A DNA stretch of 64,000 nucleotides from Rhina ancylostomus (Eukaryota). The stretch covers positions 33,407,129 through 33,471,128 of the forward strand of contig JARFYF010000050.1 in the NCBI GenBank assembly GCA_030265395.1. Reading direction: 5' to 3'. Made by a program: the position numbers and the translations under genes. Positions 11,901 to 25,825 of the stretch are shown here, one piece after another. The stretch's first letter is position 1; each line of letters starts with the position of its first letter. The notes beneath the pieces were generated by a model that ran no database searches, was not told where the DNA came from, and saw only the letters and a program-made list of their open reading frames with translations.

Positions 11901-14643
11901 TCTTTGGCACCTCTTTTAAATTTGTTGCATACATTGAATGTATAATGAAAATTGAAACCTGTTCAAGAAGCAGCTATTGCATATGAAGTATTTTTGATTG
12001 TTGAGGTATTGGTTGATTTTTGTATTAAAATGTCAAATATCTTACCCTGATTCTTACTGTAATCAGTGGAATCATTGCAATATTTTTCACTGTCACTGGT
12101 TATAACTTGGACCAGTTGAAAAGCTGATCTGTTGGGAATGCAGCAAGATCTCCAGCTGATAGCATCTTAAGGTCAGTCAATTACCAGGCTGTTCCAAAGT
12201 CACAACACTCATTCTAATAAATGGAACTGCTTTATGCTGCAGAGAATTCTTTCCCTTCAGAATACTGGCCAATGGTTAGGAATGCGAAATGAGTACGTGT
12301 AGGTAAAATCTAAATGGAGAATCATTTCTTTTTAATCTCAAGTCTTTACATCCCCTTTAATAGATTTATATTGCCAAAGATTTCTGATGAATATTTGTAG
12401 TGCTTGGTTTCACAACTTTACAGCACTGCATATCTTTATAGGAAGAAGAGATAATGTGTCTTTTAACACCCAATTATTGTCCTAGGGTGAAATTCAGACA
12501 AGTATTTTCCACAAGTGTTTATCCGTTGTTCTTTGAAGTAAGGTGTTATGCATTAGTTATTTTAGAAGAAATGAAGTACAGAATCCAAATTTTGTATGGG
12601 AAAGAAATGACCCAGTAGTGCAAATGATGCACTGTTGCAAAGGCAGCCATGTACTCATGGAACTGCAAGTTTAAATTGCATGAACTTATTTGACCTACGT
12701 GCAACATCTGTTCTAACATTACTAGGAATAGAAGAGATATGAGAATGGAAAGAAAATTGTTTTTTACCTTTCTCTCCTGGAGTATTGTGTGTATTAAAGC
12801 AATAGATCAAAATTAATAAATTACCAGTCCAATTGGGATTCCAGTGGAATGAACTTGCAGCAGTAACATATGTCCTACCTACATGTATAGGAAGCGACAT
12901 CACTGCCCATTCGATGATTTTTTGGGTGGGCACAACGGCCTTTCAGGAAAAGAAAACTTGGTTTGGGATTATTTTTACTTAGAAATTAGCATGTGCAGTA
13001 ATTCTCGGATTTTCTTTTCTGCTTAGCCATTAATGTTAGGAAGTATCAAAACAGTGAAAATGTAAAGTACAGTTATTCATTAATAAATTGTAAGATTGAG
13101 TAGAGTAAAATCTAACTGGAAAGATTTTAATAGTAGTAACAGCACCATTATACAACATTTTAGTAATGGAAAGGTATACTTCATGTAGCTGATTGCCCAG
13201 TTAATTCCACATTACCATGAGGAAACCCATGCAAACTTCCAGGCTGTTGTCTCATGGGAAATGTCATTGTTAAATTCCTCTGGAATTTCCAACATTAGTT
13301 ATCTCAATGTTAATGGGAACCAAACTGTCCTGCAGTTCATTGGCGTCCAATCTCTTTTAAGAGCAAGTTAGTGATATGCATAAATTTCCATTTTGGAGCA
13401 ATTTTTTTTATTTAAGATGTTCTGAATACTAGTTTAGGCAAATGTTAAGTTTTTTTGGACCTGGAGTACTCTTTTTTAAACTGCATTTGATATACAAGGA
13501 AGTCATTTCATTTAGTCTGAAATGTGCGGTAAGTGTGGGAAAAGTAAAGCTCGACCTCCTTTTGTATACTTCCTGATGGACAATATTGTCAGAAACATGA
13601 GCAACTTCCATCCTTTAGCTGGGGTCTGGTGCACTGAAAATTAATTTAGTTCCAGATTTGTGTTGATTGGTGCCTACCAGGAGCAACAATAGGATTGATA
13701 CTTGTGTATTCATCTGCACTCAGATTAGGAATATCAAGGCATGAATGGCCATTTGGTGTGAAATCTCACACCAATTATGGTCTGCCATTTTTAAACATGG
13801 GCAGGAAGGAAAGAGGAATAGGGAATAAAAGTGGTTGATGAAACACCAGGAACAGTGAAATAAAAACTTGAGGCAAAAGCCAAAGAACAATATTGTACAA
13901 TGCGAGTTAACAGTATGTCACATAAGGAACACAAGCTTTTGCACAAACTAAACCTCACATTGTGCTGTCAGTCTTTTAAGTTTGTGCATCTACGTAAATG
14001 TTAGTATATCATTCCATATGAAAGATTTGTATGAAGTGTCTTCAATGATACCTGCAGAACATTAATTCCTTCCAATATGCAACTAGTATGATGCTGTTCA
14101 GCATACAGCTCTTTGTTCTTTATAGAACCAGTCAGTGGTGGTTTTGTTTAGTGAAATTGTGGGCATTGGAAGCTTGATTAAAAATTGGCAACATGGCATT
14201 AGCTAATGATTGGTTATCATTGAAAGTTTATATTTGACCCACTTCTTCTGGAGGATTTGAATGAGGGACCCAATCATATAAAGACAGATTTTGAACATTG
14301 GAATAAATGTTGCAGTTGGTGCAGTTCGTAGCAGCAAATCGTAAATCTGTGATCCTATTACCAGAGTGCTGCTTCATGGTATTACTGAGACCTTGTTATT
14401 GTGTATATTTTATTAGAAAGATAACCTCCCATTGACTTCTACTAATTAAGATAATCAGGCAAAAAAAATGTAGATGTAAAGCACTTTTTAATCAGACTCG
14501 TACTCAATAAAAGACACTTTTAAAAGGATCCCATAAATTTTGGCTAGTGTAGCATCGATGCAACCACTCGTTATTACCAACACAATTGAAGTGCATTTGG
14601 GGAAAAAGTGCTCAGAGTTAATATTTTCCCCTTGATGTTCTAG

Positions 14644-14791
14644 GCTACATGTGAACGTGGGTTTTCTGCTATGGAAGAATCACATCAAAAGGTAATAGAG
14701 GAACTCCACCGGCAGCATCAGCGAGAGCTGGAGAGCCTAAAGGAAGACAAAGAGCGGCTCCTAGCTGAAGAGACTGCTGCCACCATCTCTG
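14644..14791 (+). CDS. MPRIP: MPRIP-family internal exon ([49 protein letters not shown])
   Basis: ttctag|GCT acceptor and G|gtaggt donor, 148 nt, phase 0/1. Near-identical to the [27 protein letters not shown] segment. Confidence 0.96.
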
Positions 14792-14974
14792 GTAGGTGAA
14801 AGTAGATGAGAAGAATGTGAAAGACTGGAATCTGCACTGATTTAAAAAAAAATTGGTGGATGATTAATATTATGATGAAATATATTCAGGAATGCCTTCA
14901 TGTCATGACTTTTCCACTAATGTGTGAAAAATACCAAACATCACTATTGCATGTTACAAACTTCAATACTTAGA

Positions 14975-15430
14975 GCAGGAACATTGATATTAAATAAAAA
15001 AAAGAATGCTGAGAATACCCTGGGCAAGGTCTGTTGTGAGAAGTAGAGCTGATATTTACAAATCAACTTGTGGGGTAGAACTTGCTATCGTGTCAGAAGA
15101 TTACATTCATCAGAACAGAATAGTTAGAAATCAAATACATTTTAAATTGCAGAGAAGAGGAAATAGTGGAGAATAAAAAGGCAATGCCAGCAATAAGGTG
15201 GAGACCAAGAGAGCATAAACCATACAAGTGGTGATACAAGTTGCATAGTGGAATTCTAAAAGGGAAGTTAAATATTGGTGTTGTTTGATTTCCCCATTGT
15301 AAGTAGGAAGTAAAATCACATATTTGATGCTCATTATTTGAACAGTAAATCTCATGATTGCATGAGAAAAGGCGATAAGTATCGGATACTTTTTGAGAAT
15401 CCAGGTTGGAGAATAAAATTTGAAACTGCG
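14975..15430 (-). mobile_element. Eroded Penelope-like element end
   Basis: Starts with a degenerate copy of the aaaagaatgctg... motif shared with the other Penelope-like ends in the window, followed by purine-rich sequence. Confidence 0.35.
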
Positions 15431-15444
15431 CAATAGTTAAGAGA

Positions 15445-15950
15445 GTCAGAGAGAGAGAGAAACAGCAAGGAAATAGGCCCTTCAGCCCACTGAGTCTGCA
15501 CAATCATCAACCACCCATTTGCATTTTTAAATCCCCACTGTTTAAAAAATTCTACCATATTTTCTTTAACTTGCCCCAAGTTCTACCATTCACCTACACC
15601 ATAGAGACGATTTGCAGTGCCCAATTAACCTACCAACCTGCAATGTCTTTAGAACATGGATGGAAAGCATCTGGAGAAAACCCAAAATAAAAACCAAAAA
15701 TGCTGGAAATAATCAGCAGGCCAGGGTGCATCTGTGGGAAAAGAAACATTTCAGGTTGACAAAGGGCTTTTGGCATTTTCTGTTTTTATTTTGGATTTCC
15801 AGCATCTGCAGTTTTTTAAAATTTTCGTTTACCAGAGGAAACTTGTGCAGTTGCAGGGAGAATATGAAAACTCCACATAGACAGCACAATCAGGATGGAA
15901 TCCAGTCACTGAGGCAGTGACTCTTAATAGCTGCATCACCGTGCCGTCCC
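15445..15950 (-). mobile_element. V-SINE-type tRNA-derived SINE with a CR1-like tail, interrupted by a nested Penelope-like hairpin fragment (about 15684-15834)
   Basis: Tail aggaaataggcccttcagcccactgagtctg, V-domain remnant and head aactccacatagacagcac...caccgtgccgtccc. The insert carries aatgctggaaat...cagcaggccagggtgcatctgtgg and an inverted tttccagcatctgcag. Confidence 0.7.
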
Positions 15951-17884
15951 TAAGGACTGTATGATATAGTATCTCTTTCATGAGTAGTCTGGTGACAACT
16001 TGCTTTTGAGGCACCGTATAAGGTTGACAAAGCTTTAACCTGGGTGTTCTTAGCAGTAGAACGTTCTCCAGACTTGTAGCCTATGTGTGTCATTTGCTTT
16101 ACTATATAATATAATTCTAATCCATTTGAAACAGCAAAACACAAAGTGTGCCAAAGGCATTACCTTCATAATTTAATTTAGTAGAAAAGGTTAGTTGATT
16201 TGCCAGGTGTGTTTGATTATTATGGATGGTGTAAATGCCAGCCTTTGTTGTGTGTTCTATTCAGGGTATGGCTTGAATGTAGTCTTCTAACATGAAAGCA
16301 AGTTTTACCCTACAAGTTGAAATTGCTAGGATAATAAGATGACTGGATGACCAAAATAATAATTCTAAAGGCTACATTTTTAACACTAGGTCAGTTGCAC
16401 TGAACATTGTGCAAGGCTGGGAAAATCGGAATCTCCCAATGTTTTATTTCCAGTTCAGTCGTAGCCAGAAATCCATGGCATGATTTGACTGAAATGCCAA
16501 ACATTATATTTGGCATAAATTATGTAGGTAGGTTAGCTTTTTTTTACAGTTCTACAGCACTGTGTGCAGTGGGCAAACAATAAAGGGAAAAAAAAGTAAA
16601 GCCCCGATTTTAGTGTCAGAACATATTGTCCATAGATGCTATCCCAGTATGACCAGTGGGGCTCCATAGATCACTTCATAACTAAGTATTTCCCTTAACT
16701 TGCATACATCACTAGTTATTGTTACACGTTGTTCACNNNNNNNNNNNNNNNNNNNNNNNNNNNNNNNNNNNNNNNNNNNNNNNNNNNNNNNNNNNNNNNN
16801 NNNNNNNNNNNNNNNNNNNNNNNNNNNNNNNNNNNNNNNNNNNNNNNNNNNNNNNNNNNNNNNNNNNNNNNNNNNNNNNNNNNNNNNNNNNNNNNNNNNN
16901 NNNNNNNNNNNNNNNNNNNNNNNNNNNNNNNNNNNNNNNNNNNNNNNNNNNNNNNNNNNNNNNNNNNNNNNNNNNNNNNNNNNNNNNNNNNNNNNNNNNN
17001 NNNNNNNNNNNNNNNNNNNNNNNNNNNNNNNNNNNNNNNNNNNNNNNNNNAGAGTGGATCCTTCCAAGTTTCCATGACTATAACATATAAATCATCATAG
17101 AAAACAGCTGGGTTTCATGAACTATATTGTTATACTGTGCGGGTGCTTCTTGACAGAACATTCTAAGTATATATTGCGGGATATTACAGGGAAGAAAATT
17201 GAATGTAGGCTCTACAAGGTTCAAATTGTGACATTTAAGAAGACTGGATAACCTGGCTGTTGTAAGAATCGAGGTGGTATAGAATGTACAGGATCTTTGT
17301 TCAGGTACAGTTCAAAATAGGTCAAATAATAAGCCAATGACTCTGTCCTACATTGTAGGCATAAAGTCATATAACTAAAATGGAAGCTTTTATCTTAGTA
17401 AATGAACAAGAGTGTTTTCTGATGCCCATGAAGTTAGAATGATGAGGTGTAGCTACAGTTGTGGAATTCTGCCTTGGGTTTTGGAAGCATTTATTTCCAA
17501 TTGAGTTCAGCCTTTTGGCTTGTATTCTGCAACCACATTTCCTCACTGATCTTTCAATGCTATAACCTCTATGGAAATGATATCCTTCAGGCTTATGTGG
17601 AGATACAAACAAATGTGGGAATGCTTCTAGTGCAATCATAACTGCATCACAGTTGTTTTTCCCCACTGGTCTTCCATCTGCTAGAAAAAAAATGTTTAAA
17701 AAATGATAATGTTGACCATTAAATTTGCATTCTACAAAAATAAAATTAAGTTCTGCCAGCTACCCTTTTCATTGAATAATCTTGGAAATGTTGGTTGTTT
17801 CCAGTTGAAATGATTCTACATCAGTTTTTAATTTAACCAAAATTTTCACATTAATAAGGTCAGGTTCAAATCCATTCTAATAAA

Positions 17885-18270
17885 TGCCTAGACTGGAGGG
17901 TTTGAGTTGTAAGGAGGGATTGGATGGGCTGGGATGGTTTTCACTAGAATGAAGGAGGCTGAGGAATCACCTTAGAGTTTTATAAAAATTATGTAGGGCA
18001 TAGATAGGGTAGATAGTCTTTTTTTTACAAGGTCGGGGGAGTCTAAAACTAGAGGGCATAGGTTTAAGGTGAGTTGGGCAAGATTTAAAGGGGATCTGAG
18101 GGGCAAGTTTTTTTTAAACTCAAGATGGTGGGTATATGGAATGAGCTGGTAGAGGCAGGTACAATTACAGTGTTCAGAAGAAATCGGGACATGTATGTGG
18201 AAAGGAAAGGTTTAGAGAAATTTGTGTCAAATGCAGGCAAATGGTATTAGAAGAGATAGGCATGGACCAA
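17885..18270 (+). mobile_element. CR1 LINE 3' end
   Basis: Typical CR1 ORF2 end and 3'UTR: actagagggcataggtttaaggtgag...tttaaaggggatctgaggggcaagtttt...tggaatgagctg. Confidence 0.85.
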
Positions 18271-18988
18271 CCATAATGTATAGATACAGAAACTTCTGTG
18301 ACTCAGCATTAACCATTCAAAAGAGAATTTTTCAGGTAAATTGGAAGGATAAAAGATAAGTGCCTATCTCTCTGCAAAAACTGCTGAACACTTTAAAAAA
18401 AAAATGTGCTTGAAGATTGCTGACCTTCTGGAGTGCTGGCACTCAAAGCAATTTCTCACTATTTTCCTGAAAGTCGAGGAATTGTTACATTTCGTAGTCT
18501 CCCTCGTCTTAACAGCACTGCAGACTTTTCGGCCTTTATCTTACCTCTAGTAGTTCAGTCTTTGATATGCCCTGTGCCAAGGCACTAGTTCAGCTACAAT
18601 TTTTTAAAATGATATTTAAAAACTGATTTTATTTCTTCATAAGAAGATTTTAATGTAGAAAATTAGACCAATAGTATATATGATTAAAATAAACTAAAAT
18701 TAATTGCAACAATTTAACAATATTTGTAGTGTTGGTGTAAATGAGTGTTGTTAATCAGTGCTGACTCAGTGGGCTGAAGGGCTTGTTTACAGGCTGTATG
18801 AATCAATGATTGTAAGTGGGGTAGGTAATAGAATGTCACATCAACCCTCTCCAAAGACTTGACTTCATGATGCAGGTTGCTGCCATCTGCTAGGAAAAGC
18901 AGTAAAAAGAAGTTTAAATTTTTTAAATCCATTTGGTATTCTCTCCTGTAGATTTTCAGATTTGAAATCTGATTTCTTTTTTAAATAG

Positions 18989-19106
18989 CCATTGAAGCAA
19001 TGAAGAATGCACACCGCCTGGAACTTGACCGTGAACTGGAAAGGATACGGAAATCTCAAAACAGTAACGTAAATGCAGACCTTGATGAAATATGCAAACA
19101 GCACGA
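18989..19106 (+). CDS. MPRIP: MPRIP-family internal exon (AIEAMKNAHRLELDRELERIRKSQNSNVNADLDEICKQH)
   Basis: ttttttaaatag|CC acceptor and GA|gtaagt donor, 118 nt, phase 1/2. AIEAMKNAHR is a family signature. Confidence 0.96.
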
Positions 19107-20419
19107 GTAAGTACAAGATGAATAGTTTTGACTAAGACAGCCCAAACTCAATCTTGGCTGTGCTTTGGCTGAGTCATTTTCCTGGAGGTTATCCATTTAT
19201 AGACATTTTTGTTCCAGACGTATCTTAGAAGTGGTACTGTATTTCTTAAATAGTGTCAAAGAATTCATATTTATTACCTGGCTATTAGTGACATGCTGTT
19301 TAACATTGTCTTACTCTCAGACATTACTATATACAAAAATAAATAGGAAAGACTATTGCCTTCCACCCAATCATCTCTAATTGCACATACTTAGTTTTCA
19401 AGCTTTTGTTAATATTTATAATACTGTATTAGAGTTTTATGATGTACTCCTATCAATGTTTAACTCTGTTGGCTGAAGAGAAGGACCAGCAATAGTAGAG
19501 GGCTTTATTTATAGTGAAGCAGCTAACCTGATCAGTTCACTGTTTGGGTGGGTGCAGTTGATCTTTGCTAATCAAAGTACTAACCAGCAACTGATTTTCC
19601 ATACATTCTGTCAATTGCTAAGCTGCATTGCTGCTTCAGTGATAGACTTGGCTACGTTGTTGGTATGAAGTTTAGTCCTCAAAGTCTGAGGCACCCTCTT
19701 AATTAAAAAGAGATCTTACCTTCACCTCTAAAATAGATCTGAAGAAAAGAGTGCTGAAAGAATGAAGGAAAGGAAAGCTTTTTAACTAAAGGGGAGAGGC
19801 CGTTTAAAGTGGGGATAAAGTAAAATAAGACACAATTGAATTATCATTGAAAAATCTTACGTAAGTTATAACTAAAGTAATATTGTAAGAATAAATTTAC
19901 ATCTCATGTAGAAATTGATTTAAAACAGCATTGCTACACAAATTGTAAGTGTACTGAAAACAGACAAAACTGTCAAGATTTTAATACAGGCATTTTGATA
20001 CATTTTGGATGATAGCCTTAATAACAAACTTGAAATGGGTGTTTAAAATTAGACCAATACTATATGTGATTAAAAATAAATGAATTAAAATCAATTTCAA
20101 GAAATATAATTATTTTGAGTTGTTTGACAGTATTAAATCTAATGCATTATCTTTTTGCCACAGATTAAGACTATTTAGGTTATTCCATAATTTTTTAATA
20201 GTATTGTTGAAGTAGCCCACTGCACCACTAGTTAATGGGACACTTGCTAACCCCTGCCAATCCTCCAGAGCTGTACATCTCTAATTATCTGCATTGTCAT
20301 TGAGTGGCTTTGGCTCTCAGCACAATGTCATTAGAAGGCACCGGATGATTCCCCATAAAGAGGATGGAAAAGGTGGTTGACTCAGATTGATCTGGCACAT
20401 CACAAAGCAGACAATTCCA

Positions 20420-20732
20420 GAAGGATACTAGCTAAGGCCTAGGAATAAGTTATCCAGCCATTTGGATGATTAGAATGCACTTTTGAATCACGGATTTAAA
20501 ATCTTTGGCCCATCTCTGAAGAAGGAACGTTCATTACAGCAATGAGCACCTCAAGGTTGTGCATTGGAAGGACGTGAAAGCCCTGTATAAATGTCAGAAT
20601 GTGAGAGCCTCCTCACAAATGCCCCATCTGTGGAAGGGTCTTCAGTTCCCATCTCAGAATCCACTAAACTGGTGTAAAAACAAGTCATCCTCAATCCCAA
20701 AGGAGTACCTCAGAAAAAGATGATGACGACTA
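20420..20732 (+). mobile_element. RTE-clade LINE 3' remnant
   Basis: Encodes a CPICGRVFSSHLRIH-like C-terminal motif, then caagtcatcctcaatcccaaaggagtacc and a (GAT/GAC)n tail. Same family as 44500-45005. Confidence 0.55.
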
Positions 20733-20767
20733 TTCAGTTACCATCATTACTGATAACTATATAGTCC

Positions 20768-20896
20768 AGGACTGATACAGGGCCTTGCCCTGAAATGTCA
20801 ACCATACCCTTTCCTCCACAGATGCTGCTTGACCTGCTCAGTTCCTGAGCAGTTTGTTTTTTGTTCCAGGTTCTATTATCTGCAGTCTCTAGTGTC
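20768..20896 (+). mobile_element. Penelope-like end with a degenerate hammerhead core
   Basis: CTGATAC-AGGGCCTTGCCCT-GAAA-TGTC followed by cacagatgctgcttgacctgctcagttcctgagcag. Confidence 0.65.
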
Positions 20897-21494
20897 ACCA
20901 CCATAACTCATCTTTTGCTGTGTAATATTATACCCAATCCAAAACCAAAATTCACCTACATTGAATTTTGATTAGTGTCATGTGATAAGTTCACATTTAA
21001 GTGGTCAGTGGGGGAATGGGAGAGAACTCTGCCTTTTCTGCAGTCTCTTGGAAGTTCATATTAGGCCAGTGCACTCAGCACAGCTGAATCAAATTTCCAC
21101 TAAGAAATTAGAACATTGAAATCCAGTTTGATACCTGTAATTCTCTAATAACACAGGTCAGCTTAATTTTGGGAAAGCTCATCTGATATGCAAGGTACAT
21201 TTTTCAGAAAAGGTTTTTGCTGTACATCCTGCTTCCAACTGTCCAGTCCTGTCCACCCCAACTCCCTATATCACTTTTCCAACTACCCAAGCCAGCCTGT
21301 TAAGGCAACTAAATATTTTTTATTGGAATAGAAAGGGAAGGCACCCACTCGTCAGAGTTGATGACCATCTATGCAGAATGTAGTAATACAATATAAATGT
21401 GACTCAGTACTGAAATGTAATCAATTAAAAGGTTAAAGATTGAACATAATCTGGCAGAACAGAAGCAATAAATTCTTTCAAATTTGTTTAACAG

Positions 21495-21654
21495 TGAGGA
21501 GTTGGCATCATTGCATCGAGAAATCGAAGTCCTCTCTGAACAGTATTCCCAGAAATGTCTAGAAAATGCGCACTTAGCTCAGGCTTTGGAAGCAGAGCGG
21601 CAGGCATTAAGACAATGCCAACGTGAAAACCAGGAACTAAATGCACATAACCAG
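21495..21654 (+). CDS. MPRIP: MPRIP-family internal exon (EELASLHREIEVLSEQYSQKCLENAHLAQALEAERQALRQCQRENQELNAHNQ)
   Basis: ttaacag|T acceptor and CAG|gtatga donor, 160 nt, phase 2/0. VLSEQYSQKCLENAHLAQALEAERQALRQCQRENQELNAHNQ matches human MPRIP as I recall it. Confidence 0.97.
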
Positions 21655-21879
21655 GTATGATGTGTTTTACCCTTCCCCATAATACTGCAATCATATGAGA
21701 AGAATAGGCCACTGCTAAAATGCTGTGTAAAATTATATTGCTGATGTACTGGAATTGAAATGTAAAAGGGTAGGAAAAGGGGTGAAGCCATTTACCTCAT
21801 TGAATTTGTTCTGAGATTTAATGAGTTTGTGTTTGATCTGTGACGTAACTACATAGAGTGTAAATCCATTGCCCTAAAA

Positions 21880-22900
21880 TTAATATTTAGTTAACAAAGA
21901 TATACAGCTCAGATTCAGAATTAACATTTGACCTTACATTAATTACCATTTACAGAAAAGAATTCCAAACATCTGTCACTTCTCACATATAGAATAGTTT
22001 CCTAACTTCAGTACTGAAAATCCTGACTGATTTGTTTGACTCTGGTCTCTAGCCTTTAATGCTGCAATCAACAAAAGTTGATTTTCTTTGTTGGTTCCCA
22101 TTATACTTTTTAAAGCCTTAATCTAATCATTCCTTGACCTTCTAACTTCCAGCACATACAACCCTAGCTTGTATAATCTCTCCTAATAATTTAAGTCTAG
22201 GTATCATTCAGATGAATCTATACAGCACTTCCTCAGGCCAATATCTCCTACAAGGAGGTGGTGCACAGAACAGCTCGGTGTTCCCCAGTTGTCACCTAAC
22301 CAAGACTTTTGTTTAGCTGTGAAATAATTATTACTGTTGTAGATTCCAGTCTTGAAGGTCATCATCCAGTTTCGTTATTGGTTACTTTCTGCATCTGTCC
22401 ATGATATTTTAATGATTGATGCACATGGACCCCCAAGTTTCTTCAAACCCCCACAATTTCTGATCTTGCAACAGTGAGAAAGCACTTTGTTCTCTCCTTT
22501 TTAAGTCCAAAGTACATAAATCTACATCTGCCTACTTTGAAATCTGTTTTCCACTCTTTTTTTGTTTTTCTGTTCACAATTTATTAATGTGGCTTGATAA
22601 TTTTATGCTTCATCTGTCTGTATGCCCATGGTTCTGTTTATTTGCAAATAAATATACAGCTTTCCATCCCAACTTTTAAGTTAGAGCCCCAAAATAGACT
22701 CTGTCAGGACACCACTAATCACACCCTGGCAATTTGAACACCTGCACATAATCCTACTCTTGTCTGCCACCACTCATCTAGTTTCGTAGCCTTCAATTTA
22801 TTGACCTTCACCTAAGTTCAGTGGTATCTTAGAAACATTGTCAACTGCATTCTGGAAGTCAATAGGAACAAAGGCTTGGGCATTCCCCCATCAACTTCTT
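21880..22900 (-). mobile_element. Highly eroded CR1 LINE fragment
   Basis: Reverse-oriented CR1 ORF2 3' motifs, for example ggtgcacagaacagctcggtgttccccagttgtcacctaaccaag and gccccaaaatagactctgtcaggacaccact. Confidence 0.5.
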
Positions 22901-23784
22901 CGAAGGCAAAATTAAGTGAACTTTTGCTGGCAGTCTCACATTTGAATGGGTTTGTTAGCCCTTGGGGAGGGTGGGGGGTGGCTGGGATTGGGTGAGGGAG
23001 ATAAAATGCAAGCAACTGTTTGAATCATTGTATCATGTTTTATTGTCAATTGTTTGTAAATATTTTAAAGTGTTGCTAAGTATTTTTAATTAACTCTTTA
23101 TTTAAAACAATTTGAATAGTTTTAAATGTATGTGACTGTTAGAGAGTTCAATAGATTTTGGGTTGTCAGGGCAATCCTGAGGCTTGGCCTTAGCGAATAC
23201 ACTGCCAGAGATGTAGTCATGCCATGGAGAAAGTCAACTCATTCCTCCTCCTGTATTCAAGAAAGGTAAGTGCATACATATGGGCATGGCAGACAGTGTG
23301 TCCAGGTACTGGGCCAGGTTCTGCACATTCCAGCCCAAACAGGTTCAGCATCCTTGACTTGCCCTTTACAAATCCATGCTGGTGCTCACTGGTTAACTAA
23401 AAAATGTTAACATGTTTAATCACTCTGTCATTAGAAAATCTAATAATTTCCTGACGGCGGGTTAGGTTAATTTATCAGAAATTTGTTGGTTTCCTCCTCA
23501 TTATATCCAATTCTCCAACCTAAAGGAATGGAAAATTATAGTGACGGTATTTGCATTATTCTCATCTGCTTCCTTTAAAACACTGAGGTGGCAAGTATTT
23601 GGTTCTGGGTGTTTATAGCCAATTAGTCCCATTATTTTCTTCATTGTTATCACTTTGCTTAAATTTTGTTCCAGATTTAATAAAATGTCCCTTAAGATAG
23701 CTGATTATCTCTGCTTTTCTCCTGCAAATACTAAGACAAAGTGATTATTCATTATGTCTGTTTTTTTTCCCTTAGTACATGCAT

Positions 23785-24625
23785 TGGGTATAGCAAAGGC
23801 TCAAGACCTTGACAGCATACCAAATGTAGTGTTGAGAAACTAGCTGCACAGCAAGCCAAGCTGTTCTATTCAGCTACAATGCTGACATCTACCTGACAAC
23901 ATAGAAAATTGCCCCAATATGTCCTGGCCACAAAATCCAATCTTATTAATTGTCCTTATTAGTCTGCTCTCAATCATCACAAAGTCCATGGAAGGTGTCG
24001 TTGGTGCTGTTGTGGGCCATGCCAATAACTTACAATTGCTTCCTTTTGGATTCTGCCAGAGCAACTATGATTCTGAGTTCATCCCAGCACTAATAAAGTA
24101 AATGAGTTCCAAAGGTGAGAGAGTGTGACTGCCCTTAACATGAAGCCAGCATTTGATATATTGGTTATGAAGGAAGCTCAACACAACTGAAATGGATGAA
24201 AATAAGTGGGAAAACCTCTCCAGAGGCTGAAGTCATCTCTAACATAAAGGGAAATGGTTGTAGTTTATGGAAACCAATCATCTCACCCCAAGGGCAATGT
24301 TGGAGTAGTACCCCCAGGCAGTGACCCAAACCCACTGATCTTCAACTGCTTCATAGGAGACCTTCACTCCATTATTCATGTCATAAGTAGAGATATTTGC
24401 TGACGAATGAGCTCAGTGTTTGTTTCCAGATAATAAAGCAATCTAAGCCCGCCTGTGACATGAAGAGCAATCAGGCGTGTACTGACATTAGCATGTACCA
24501 TCCTCATCATACAGGATGTAGCAATAACCATATATTTAAAACAAAAGTAATAATTTTCCCCTTGACATTCTGTGGCAATGTCATTGCTGAATCTCTTGTT
24601 ATCAGTATTCTGGGATCACATTGAC
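23785..24625 (+). mobile_element. Eroded LINE reverse-transcriptase fragment (L2/CR1-like)
   Basis: ISLLSIITKSMEGVV remnant of the RT motif Y-RPISLLSII-KVME, and ccccaggcagtgacccaaacccactgatcttc (GVPQGS region). Confidence 0.6.
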
Positions 24626-24631
24626 TACACT

Positions 24632-24812
24632 GAAGTGTTTGAGGCAGATACATTAACAACATTTAAAAGGTACTTGGACAGGTACATAGATAGGAAAGGT
24701 TTAGAGGAATATGCACCAAATGTGGGCAAATAGTACAAGCTTAAATTGGAATCTTGGTCGGCATGGATCAGTTGGGCCGAAGGGCCTGTTTCCATGTTGT
24801 ATGATTCTATTA
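24632..24812 (+). mobile_element. CR1 LINE 3' tail
   Basis: acatttaaaaggtacttggacaggtacatagataggaaaggtttagagg...ggcatggatcagttgggccgaagggcctgtttccatgttgtatgattctat. Confidence 0.85.
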
Positions 24813-25574
24813 CCCTAATTACTATGGCTGTAAGTGAGAGCTTAGATATTTTCTGACAAGTTATTTACTTCATGAATTAGTGATGCCTTTGCACTTTGTG
24901 TCTTTCTTCAAACAGGACTGTGATGTACCTCTTGCCATCTGCCCTGTTATCCTTGTATTCCTTGTATTTCTTCCAGTCAACAGGATCAAGATAGTTTTTG
25001 CATTTTAATGCATTTTATTCTAGATTGCCAATATTTTAGTGCTCTGAGGCTATACCACGTGGCATAGTGCCCTTTCATGCAACAAATGTAAGCTAATTTT
25101 GTTACACAAATCTGTTTTGAAACAATGGCTGCACCCCCCCCCCCCTTGGATTTTGAGTTTAATGCAGATATTTTCTATGTGATATGTAAGTTAGCCTTAT
25201 CTAAACAGTATAGCTGTTCTATGTTTCTCCCTTTTGACTGTTTGAAGGTTAAAATAAGCATGTAAGAGGAATTACTAAGTTTAGCTGATCTGTGTTGGAG
25301 CAGAGGAGCCAGGATTAGTAGCCTTGCTGAACAATCACACTTATGAATATTAAGAACTACAAAATACTTGGGTTTGATCTTCCATTGTTGAATAGCCTGT
25401 TACTTTTATTTGTGTGTAACTATTATTAATTTGGGTAGAGCATGCCAGTGCTCAGGAACAAAATACGACCAAGAGTTGATGCCTTCAGGAAATGCATGGG
25501 TGGTGGGTACTGTTACCGACAGCCCTGTATTAGGGTGGCAGCAGCATTTTTAAATGGGAAATTGGCTAACCTGA

Positions 25575-25825
25575 ACGTAAGATGTAAGAGATAGGGGCAG
25601 GAGTAGGGCATGATACTTCAAACCTGCTTCTATCTCTTATTATTCATTAAGATCATGATTGATCTTCTATTTCAGTGCCATNNNNNNNNNNATTTTTCTA
25701 AATTGTCCCTGTATCCCTTGATTCCATTAGTATCCAGAAATCTATCTCTGTTTTGAATGAACTCTGTGACTGCGACTATGTAGTCCTCCAGGATAGAGAA
25801 TTACCAAAATTCACCACCTTGTTGG
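25575..25825 (-). mobile_element. CR1 LINE 3' tail (reverse)
   Basis: taagagataggggcaggagtagggc...attcattaagatcatgattgatc...atcccttgattcc...gatagagaattaccaaaattcaccacc. Confidence 0.65.

Noticed and set aside
16639-17100. ORFs spanning N runs (also near 1590, 10530, 30680, 35740, 38070, 39580, 48200, 53660 and 55200)
   Set aside because: Artifacts of translating assembly gaps.
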